Origin: Bacteroidota bacterium
Lineage (GTDB): Bacteria > Bacteroidota > Ignavibacteria > UBA10030
Reading direction: 5' to 3'
DNA: 64,000 nucleotides
NCBI GenBank assembly: GCA_035390885.1
Contig: DAOOUW010000003.1
Span: 1,432-65,431, forward strand
Shown here: positions 57,600-64,000 of the stretch, piece after piece
Layout of the letters: every line of letters begins with the position of its first letter
How positions within the stretch are numbered: position 1 is the stretch's first letter
The notes under the pieces: model-generated
Told to the model about the DNA's origin: nothing
What the model saw: only the letters and a program-made list of their open reading frames with translations
Databases searched by the model: none
Position numbers and translations under genes: made by a program

Positions 57600-58520
57600 T
57601 TATTGGCGTTTGTTCCCTGCAGAAAATAATTCAAAGAGTCGTTCAAAATCATCGAGCGAATAGAATTCGATAATGATCTCGCCTTTTCCATCGCCTTTGT
57701 TTTGAACGCGAACTTTTGTTCCTAGAAGCTCTCGAAGTTGTCCTTCAAGGTGCTCTAACTCTCCGCCATTTTCTGTTCGATGAGCCTGCGAACCACTCTT
57801 TGCGTTATGCTTTCCAATATTTCGTACAAGATCTTCAACTTTACGGACCGAGAGCCCTTCCGCTACAATTTTTTCATAAAGACGAAGTTGAGTCCGTTCG
57901 TTTGGAAGATTGATAAGAGCGCGAGCATGTCCAGTTGTAATTTTATTTTTACGAAGCCCTTCCTGAATTTTCTGCGGAAGCTTCAATAAGCGAAGAAAAT
58001 TCGTTACTGTTGTCCGATCTTTCCCAACGCGTTTCGCAATTTCATCCTGCGATAAGTGGCACTCATCAATGAGACGTTGGTATGCAACGGCGATTTCCAT
58101 CGGATTGAGTAACTCTCGCTGAATATTTTCCACGAGAGCAAGTTCCAGCATTTCCTCGTCTGTTGCTATGTTGATGATATATGCCGGAATAGCTTTTAGA
58201 CGAGCCATCTGTGCAGCGCGAAGTCGTCGTTCGCCCGATATCAACTGATAGCCGCTGCTTATTCGGCGCACGGTTACAGGTTGAATAATTCCTTTCTCTC
58301 GTATTGAATTTGCTAATTCTTCCAGCGATGACTGGTCAAAATCTGTTCGGGGTTGAAATGGATTCGGCTGAATTCTCTCGAGTTCGATTGTTGCGATAAT
58401 ACCATTCTCACCCGTATCTCGCTTCAGAGTGGAATCATGGATATTGATTTCTGGAAGCTGTGATTTGGGAATGAGAGCATCGAGCCCGCGACCTAAAACT
58501 GATTTCTTTGGCACATTCAT
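57600..58520 (-). CDS. parB: Chromosome partitioning protein ParB
   Basis: [34 protein letters not shown] and the HTH segment [25 protein letters not shown]. Confidence 0.93.
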   Translation of the reverse strand: MNVPKKSVLGRGLDALIPKSQLPEINIHDSTLKRDTGENGIIATIELERIQPNPFQPRTDFDQSSLEELANSIREKGIIQPVTVRRISSGYQLISGERRLRAAQMARLKAIPAYIINIATDEEMLELALVENIQRELLNPMEIAVAYQRLIDECHLSQDEIAKRVGKDRTTVTNFLRLLKLPQKIQEGLRKNKITTGHARALINLPNERTQLRLYEKIVAEGLSVRKVEDLVRNIGKHNAKSGSQAHRTENGGELEHLEGQLRELLGTKVRVQNKGDGKGEIIIEFYSLDDFERLFELFSAGNKRQ

Positions 58521-58525
58521 AGCTG

Positions 58526-59344
58526 TTATTGAACCCTCTCATGAATTACTGAATCGAGGGCAAAGAATTTATTATTCGCTAAAACTTCTTTTGCCAGCTC
58601 CATATAGTGGCGTGTTCCAGTGCAAATTGCATCGTAGAGAATAATCGGCTTCCCAAAACTTGGCGCTTCGCTCAGTCTAATGTTGCGCGAAATAATCGTA
58701 TTGAAAACTTTTTTCCCAAAGTACCGCTTCACTTCATCAACAATTTGATTGGAGAGCCGCAGCCGTGAGTCGTACATTGTCAAAAGAACGCCTTCGATAT
58801 CAAGATTCGGATTTAATTCTCGCTTCACCATATTGATTGTATTGAATAATTGTCCCAGCCCTTCCAGTGCAAAGTATTCGCACTGGACAGGAATTAAAAC
58901 AGAATCTGCCGCGGTGAGCGCATTGAGCGTAAGCAATCCAAGCGATGGTGGACAATCAATAATAATAAAGTCGAAACGATCGCGAATCTCGCGTAGCGCC
59001 GTTGAAAGAAGTTGTTCGCGTGAATCTTTCTCAACTAATTCAACTTCCGCTCCAACTAGATTGATGTTTGCAGGAATAAGAGAAAGGAACGGCATTTGTG
59101 TTGGCTGAATTGCCTCCGATGCCGTGATGTCGCCAATGAGTACCTCGTACATTGTTTTACCTTTTGGTCCCACCGAACCAACTCCACTTGTCGTATTTGC
59201 CTGCGGATCATTATCAACAAGCAGAACTTGCTTTTCCGCAGCAGCAAGCGATGCGGCTAAATTAATTGCGGTTGTTGTTTTTCCAACTCCGCCTTTCTGG
59301 TTTGCAATGACGATTGTCTTTCCCACGTTTTTTATAGTATCCAT
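58526..59344 (-). CDS. parA: Chromosome partitioning ATPase ParA/Soj
   Basis: The deviant Walker A IANQKGGVGKTTTAINLA, plus VLLVDNDPQANTT and IIIDCPPSLG. Confidence 0.93.
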   Translation of the reverse strand: MDTIKNVGKTIVIANQKGGVGKTTTAINLAASLAAAEKQVLLVDNDPQANTTSGVGSVGPKGKTMYEVLIGDITASEAIQPTQMPFLSLIPANINLVGAEVELVEKDSREQLLSTALREIRDRFDFIIIDCPPSLGLLTLNALTAADSVLIPVQCEYFALEGLGQLFNTINMVKRELNPNLDIEGVLLTMYDSRLRLSNQIVDEVKRYFGKKVFNTIISRNIRLSEAPSFGKPIILYDAICTGTRHYMELAKEVLANNKFFALDSVIHERVQ

Positions 59345-59398
59345 TTTTGAAAAATATACCGCTTTTTCTATAGCTGTGCAATTCTATTTTTTATTCGC

Positions 59399-59998
59399 TT
59401 GAATGTTGCGGCGACTTTTGTTAATTACTATTCGATGACGCCAACAATTTCAGGACATAGTGAGTTCAACGTCCTTACGCCTCTTGAGGGTTATGCTCTG
59501 TGGGCAATTTCAGCCGAACCTCTTGCAGGCCGGCTGAAATCCATTCTTCATACATTGAGCCACCGATATAACACGACATTGTTTCCTCCACACATTACGA
59601 TATTAAGCGTCAAAGTTGGAGATAAAGAACAATTGAAAGCACATTGTAAGGCACTGGCAAATTCGTTTTCTTCTTTTGATATTTGCTTCGATAAAATTGG
59701 TGAATCCGATTCTGTGTACCGCTGTCTTTATCTTCTTCCAAACCAGAGCGATGATTTATACAATCTTCACAACTGCGCAAAAAGAATTTTGTCTTTAAAT
59801 GAACCTGACAATTATTTTCCACACCTTAGTCTCATCTATGGCGCTATACCGCAGCAGGAAAAAGAAAATGTAAAGAAAGTACTTCAACAAATATTGCCAT
59901 TGGAAGGAACAATAAATTCTCTTGCGCTCTGGTCGATCAATGAAACTCCTGAACAATGGAGAGAACTTGCGATTTTTCCATTGCGTGCCGTCCATTAA
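59399..59998 (+). CDS. 2H-phosphoesterase (LigT/cyclic phosphodiesterase-like) family protein
   Basis: Two HxT/S motifs, PPHITIL and FPHLSLIY. The ORF-track start is TTG. ATG at 59435 is an alternative. Confidence 0.6.
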   Translation: MNVAATFVNYYSMTPTISGHSEFNVLTPLEGYALWAISAEPLAGRLKSILHTLSHRYNTTLFPPHITILSVKVGDKEQLKAHCKALANSFSSFDICFDKIGESDSVYRCLYLLPNQSDDLYNLHNCAKRILSLNEPDNYFPHLSLIYGAIPQQEKENVKKVLQQILPLEGTINSLALWSINETPEQWRELAIFPLRAVH

Positions 59999-60094
59999 GA
60001 TTACCATACAGAGTTTGCGCTGGCGCTTGTGATTTTTTTACTTGCAAACTATTGTTCGACTTGTTACTTTACCTGCAAAAGATTATGGGGTACT

Positions 60095-61213
60095 ATGAAA
60101 AAAGTTCTTTTCTTCTTCATCCTCGTATTTTTTGCCTGCAATCCTCTCTTTGCAAGGCAACTACCACAAGAACACACGGGGGATATCTCTGTAAGCGAAT
60201 TCCGTACGCTTCCACATTTTCCTCCAATGAATCAAGACTCGACGCTTGTTTGCTGGAGCTTTGCGACAACATCGTTCCTTGAATCGGAAATGATGCGACT
60301 TGGCAAACCTCCTGTTCAATTATCGGTAATGTACTTCGTGTATTATCGGCTGCTCGAAAAATGTCGCTCGATTCTTACAAATCATTCTCCAGAGCATTTT
60401 TCATCGGGAGATTTATTTACTGGCGTTATGGATATAGTATCCACGCACGGAATTGTACCTGCAAGCGCATACGAAGGCAAGAAATCGTCAACAACATGCT
60501 ATGTTCATACGCATCTTTACGAACAGATTGATTCCTTACTGACCGATGCAATAAAAAACAATGAGCAAGATACGGCAAAGGTACTAACTCAGGTTGAAAA
60601 TATTCTAAAAAGATATCTAGGCGCGCCGCCATCTCATTTTAACTATGAAGGGAACATATACACGCCAATTTTATTTCGTGATTCTGTTGTAGGATTGCCG
60701 TGGAATGCGTACGTTGCAGTAACGTCGTTTGGATATGCTCCTTATTTTCAATTTATTGAATTAAAGGTACCAGATAATTGGAAGCACAGCGCTCGTTACT
60801 TCAATGCGCCGATAGAATTTTTCTTGGGAGCAATTCGTGAAGCGGTTGTAAATGGATTCACTGTTGTTATCGACGCCGACATCACTGAACCATCGTATAT
60901 CGAAACGAAACAATGGTGCGTTGTACCGAATGCAACCAGAATAGATTGGAAACAAAAAGCAAGCGAACGCGACCGAATGTTTGCCAATGGAGAAACTACC
61001 GATGACCATTTGATGCATATTGTTGGCTACACACAGAAAAACGGAAACGACTGGTACCTTGCAAAAGATTCCTGGCACACAGCTTGGGAAGGACCAGGAA
61101 AAGGATATATGATGATTCACTCGTCGTACATAGAGTACAAATCGCTTGCATTCTACACCCATAAGAATGCTCTTCCATCGCTTTGGGAATTTATGGAAAG
61201 TAAAAAATATTAA
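60095..61213 (+). CDS. Secreted papain-like cysteine peptidase (C1 family, aminopeptidase C-like)
   Basis: Signal peptide MKKVLFFFILVFFACNPLFA. Catalytic Cys context TLVCWSFATTSFLE. His context DDHLMHIVGY. KDSWHTAWEG. Confidence 0.65.
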   Translation: MKKVLFFFILVFFACNPLFARQLPQEHTGDISVSEFRTLPHFPPMNQDSTLVCWSFATTSFLESEMMRLGKPPVQLSVMYFVYYRLLEKCRSILTNHSPEHFSSGDLFTGVMDIVSTHGIVPASAYEGKKSSTTCYVHTHLYEQIDSLLTDAIKNNEQDTAKVLTQVENILKRYLGAPPSHFNYEGNIYTPILFRDSVVGLPWNAYVAVTSFGYAPYFQFIELKVPDNWKHSARYFNAPIEFFLGAIREAVVNGFTVVIDADITEPSYIETKQWCVVPNATRIDWKQKASERDRMFANGETTDDHLMHIVGYTQKNGNDWYLAKDSWHTAWEGPGKGYMMIHSSYIEYKSLAFYTHKNALPSLWEFMESKKY

Positions 61214-61245
61214 GGTAGAAGAAATTTTCATTTTAGATTATTGAT

Positions 61246-62388
61246 ATGAATAGACAGATTTTAATTATTGACGATGACGAAAATGTACGGCTAGGCCTTC
61301 GCATGCTCCTGATCAGTGAGGGTTACAATGTTCTCGAAGCGAAAAATGGGAACGAAGCTCTTGCTCTAATGGAATCAAAAAAACCGGATGTAATTCTTTG
61401 TGATGTTGAAATGCCAATTATGGATGGTTTCGAGTTCCGAAGAATTCTCCTTCAGAACCCTGAGTTTGCACTCATACCATTTTTTTTCCTCACTGGACAC
61501 ACATCAATTTCAGAAACAATATATGGGTTGGATTTAGATGCCGACGATTACATTCAGAAAAATGTCAATGCAGCGGTACTTCGCAAGAAGATCGAACTCG
61601 CCATAAAAAAACGCCAGCTTGAGCAGCAAGCAGCAATTGACGCATTGGCTGAAGCGTCGCTCTCGACGAATTTGCAATTACTTCCTAAAACACCGCCGAA
61701 CGTCCCCGGCTACTCGATTTTGCAAGCATACCATGCTTACCGTGATACCCCTGGCGGCGACTTCTTTGATTATATCACCATCTCCAATGATACGACATTT
61801 GTTGTTATTGGCGATGTGATGGGAAAGCAGTGGAAAGCATGGATGTTTGCTCAAGCTTACATTGCCTACGTGCGCTCTACTATTCGTACGCTTGCGAATA
61901 TTGATTCTCAGAAAGTTACTCCAGCTTTTATCCTCACTCAGCTCAATTCTATACTTTGCAATGATGAGAAAACAGTCGACGTACTTTGTACTCTCGCAAT
62001 TGCTCAACTCCATCATCGCTCCAAAGATGTTGTGTATGGAAGCGCCGCACACGTACCGGCTTTACTTCTCTCCGCGTCAAAAGATGTTCCGCAAGAAATT
62101 GATCATGGCGCGGCTCCTATTGGTCATAATCCAACGACACAGTATACAGATTATTCTTTCTCGATGGAAAAAGGAGATACTCTTCTTTTGCTTACCGATG
62201 GAATTACAGAAGCTTCCGCTAGTAATGGTACTGATTACAGCGAAGAGCAATTACCAAAAAAATTCGTCGAGAATAGAAATGACGAACAACTTGCCGAACA
62301 TCTCTATCAAAGCGCTCTCGTCTTTACAGGAAAAAATGAATCGGATGACGATGCAACCATTATTGTCATCCGTAGAAATATGATATAA
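61246..62388 (+). CDS. Response regulator fused to a PP2C/SpoIIE-type phosphatase (RsbU-like)
   Basis: REC motifs ILIIDDDE, VILCDVEMPIMDG and FLTGH. PP2C motifs GGDFFDY, VIGDVMGKQ, LLLTDGITEA and DDATIIVI. Confidence 0.85.
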   Translation: MNRQILIIDDDENVRLGLRMLLISEGYNVLEAKNGNEALALMESKKPDVILCDVEMPIMDGFEFRRILLQNPEFALIPFFFLTGHTSISETIYGLDLDADDYIQKNVNAAVLRKKIELAIKKRQLEQQAAIDALAEASLSTNLQLLPKTPPNVPGYSILQAYHAYRDTPGGDFFDYITISNDTTFVVIGDVMGKQWKAWMFAQAYIAYVRSTIRTLANIDSQKVTPAFILTQLNSILCNDEKTVDVLCTLAIAQLHHRSKDVVYGSAAHVPALLLSASKDVPQEIDHGAAPIGHNPTTQYTDYSFSMEKGDTLLLLTDGITEASASNGTDYSEEQLPKKFVENRNDEQLAEHLYQSALVFTGKNESDDDATIIVIRRNMI

Positions 62389-62724
62389 ATTCAAATTTCG
62401 TTTCCTTTAGCTCTAATTATGCAGTTAGAAACAAGAAAAAATATTTCTAACAAGAGATGCAATTTATCAAGGTGTTTGTTCTTTTCTCTTGAAAGAAAAC
62501 GAACAAAAGGTTACCCAAAATGTGCACAGGAAAAATTTACATCAATTGAATTATCATTAGTTCATAGTTTGAGTTTAAGATTCAAAAAAATATGGATAAA
62601 ACATTGGCTCACTTCGTTGCACAAAATTAACTTGTCTCGCTGAAAGCGCGAGCCTCAAACAGAATTTTGTGCGGATGCTTCGTTCGCCTTGTTTTACATA
62701 CCATATTTTTCTTAGGTCGGTTTT

Positions 62725-62876
62725 CCCAAAAATGGAGAGCCGTTGCCTCGATACGCTCTCCGAGCTACTCGGCAACCGATTCTCTGACGGTGGCTGAGTA
62801 GAGCGATAGCTCGTATCGAAGCCACCATTTTGGTTATTTTTTCTTTCGCCTATTTCATTATTTTACTTCATCTTAT
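62725..62876 (+). repeat. Best-preserved full copy of the intergenic repeat (core 62742-62826 plus right AT-rich flank)
   Basis: GTTGCCTCGATACGCTCTCCGAGCTACTCGGCAACCGATTCTCTGACGGTGGCTGAGTAGAGCGATAGCTCGTATCGAAGCCACC, then ATTTTGGTTATTTTTTCTTTCGCCTATTTCATTATTTTACTTCATCTTA. Confidence 0.88.
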
Positions 62877-63118
62877 ACCTCTACTGTTAACGTTATAGCA
62901 TAATCCGGGTACAAGACTTCTGCATATTCCAACATTTTTATCCCTCTTGTAGAAGTTACAAAGAACTTCGCCATGGAGACGGAAATCCCTGTTGTATCAA
63001 ATTCCATAATTCATTGAAATTACAAGAGTTAGCGCTTTTACTATTATCGCTTAGACTATGATTTTTTTGGCACGTTGAATGAATCAATCTCTTATAGAAA
63101 GAGTGAAAGGGAACGACA

Positions 63119-63862
63119 ATGAAACGGATATTAACAATAGCAATAGCAATCATCGTTGGAACAGCAATTACTTTTGCTGGCGATAATACTCTAACCATTA
63201 CCAAAACATCCTCGACAAAAGCTGCCGTCATCCTTAAGAACGTTGAACCAGTCGCTGGATTACAATTTACCATTCAAGCTTCATCTAATCTCGTCCTTCA
63301 GAAACCAGAACGCTCCGAGCGTACTGTTTCTTCCGATTGGACCGTTGCGTCCTACATTGTCAATGATACGGTTGTCAACGTTGTGATTGTCAGCCTTAGT
63401 CAGACGCTCTTTGAAGCAGGCGCTGGCATGCTTCTCGAACTCGCCTTCGCCGAAACAGACTACAGTGATGAAAGCGCTATTGCGCTTGTCAATGTTAAAG
63501 TAGCAAATCCAAAAGCAGAGAAAGTATCCGTTGATGTCGAAAATATTCGCTGGAATAATGCAAAACCAATAGCGCAGGAAGAAGAAGATTTCTTCGAATT
63601 GGTTCCAAACTATCCCAATCCCTTTAACCCAGAAACACGGATTAGCTACGTCTTAAAGAAACCTGCACACGTGAAATTAACGGTCTATGATATTCAAGGA
63701 CGGGAAATCGAGTGTTTAGTTGATAAAGATCATAACGCTGGCGAGTACACTGAACGATGGAATGCTTTAGAAAGCAGGCGAAATCTTGCATCGGGTATTT
63801 ACTTCGCTCAGCTTCTTGTCGATGGGCACAGTGTAACGCAGAAGATGATGTTAGCAAAATAA
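63119..63862 (+). CDS. Secreted protein with T9SS C-terminal sorting domain (N-terminal cohesin/Ig-like domain, function unknown)
   Basis: Signal peptide MKRILTIAIAIIVGTAITFA. The C-terminus LVPNYPNPFNPETRISYVL...VKLTVYDIQGREI...SGIYFAQLLVDG...KMMLAK. Confidence 0.75.
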   Translation: MKRILTIAIAIIVGTAITFAGDNTLTITKTSSTKAAVILKNVEPVAGLQFTIQASSNLVLQKPERSERTVSSDWTVASYIVNDTVVNVVIVSLSQTLFEAGAGMLLELAFAETDYSDESAIALVNVKVANPKAEKVSVDVENIRWNNAKPIAQEEEDFFELVPNYPNPFNPETRISYVLKKPAHVKLTVYDIQGREIECLVDKDHNAGEYTERWNALESRRNLASGIYFAQLLVDGHSVTQKMMLAK

Positions 63863-63916
63863 TTCTCCCCGCAGTTCCCCCCAAAACATCTGTGGGTCAG
63901 CCTCCCCCACAGATAG

Positions 63917-63945
63917 AAAGAGCCCAGTTGGTGGCTGGGCTCTTT
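63917..63945 (+). terminator. Rho-independent terminator candidate
   Basis: AAAGAGCCCAG (63917-63927), loop TTGGTGG, CTGGGCTCTTT (63935-63945), then GCCTTTT. A second 9-bp inverted repeat, ATCTGTGGG...CCCACAGAT, lies just upstream. Confidence 0.7.
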
Positions 63946-64000
63946 GCCTTTTAAATGTTTCTGAATTAACTATGGAATAAATAAAAAAGTCGCTGGGCGA

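Noticed and set aside
57560-57691. N-terminal 44-aa extension of the ridA ORF
   Set aside because: The extension overlaps the 3' end of parB. It has no homology to RidA proteins, which start near MSLRVIFT. The start was therefore trimmed to 57559.
57600-59344. parAB as an indicator of a nearby replication origin
   Set aside because: I found no cluster of DnaA-box-like TTATCCACA / TGTGGATAA sequences and no dnaA, dnaN or gidAB genes in the window, so no oriC call is justified.
60761-62383. Long alternative-frame or antisense ORFs: 60761-61231 (minus strand) and 61847-62383 (plus strand, other frame)
   Set aside because: They overlap the C1 peptidase and REC-PP2C genes, which carry catalytic motifs. 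The alternative translations are low-complexity and lack motifs.
43117-62876. Possibility that the recurring ~85-nt intergenic elements are a CRISPR array
   Set aside because: The copies are kilobases apart in separate intergenic regions, occur in both orientations, are imperfect and are much longer than CRISPR repeats. No cas genes are present.

Overview
Chromosomal, mostly non-mobile segment from an FCB-superphylum bacterium. The lineage guess (Ignavibacteriota/Bacteroidota-like) is an inference from several T9SS C-terminal sorting domains with the NFPNPFNPTT motif, a CarboxypepD_reg-type TonB receptor and a DUF5683 protein. The sequence is moderately AT-rich by eye, uses the standard code and shows clear Shine-Dalgarno sites. 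No rRNA, tRNA, CRISPR array, transposase, integrase or phage gene was recognised.

Gene content, left to right:
- A 5'-truncated GH130 phosphorylase, then carA, cysE-cysK and a CDP-alcohol phosphatidyltransferase.
- A minus-strand murA operon: a polytopic HExxH/TPR membrane protein, a Tat-signal aldo-keto reductase with Fe-S motifs, and a secreted protein.
- A translationally coupled pair: a divergent GalU-like nucleotidyltransferase and a 1106-aa fucokinase-like GHMP kinase fused to a UDPGP-type pyrophosphorylase.
- A roughly 27-kb co-directional pectin locus (15973-42968, minus strand). It holds a sensor kinase, a 1567-aa protein with about 12 PKD repeats, an ECF sigma with a soluble ZAS anti-sigma, GH28, a TonB-dependent receptor, a 777-aa T9SS-CTD protein, a PorV-like barrel, a FadL-like barrel, a small barrel, then CE12, GH28, CE8, PL1 and PL9.
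- ROK glucokinase, surface lipoproteins, an outer-membrane barrel gene split by one in-frame TAA, ldh, an M14 peptidase, and a second ECF sigma followed by a TPR protein and a coiled-coil response regulator.
- ridA, parB, parA, a 2H phosphoesterase, a C1 peptidase, a REC-PP2C regulator and another T9SS cargo protein.

Leads most worth follow-up:
1. The SusD-less TonB-receptor / T9SS-cargo / PorV-like cassette inside the pectin locus.
2. The sensor kinase, giant PKD protein, ECF sigma and soluble ZAS anti-sigma arrangement.
3. The kinase-pyrophosphorylase fusion.
4. A modular, imperfectly palindromic intergenic repeat family. It has at least 8 copies or fragments in 64 kb, always downstream of gene 3' ends.
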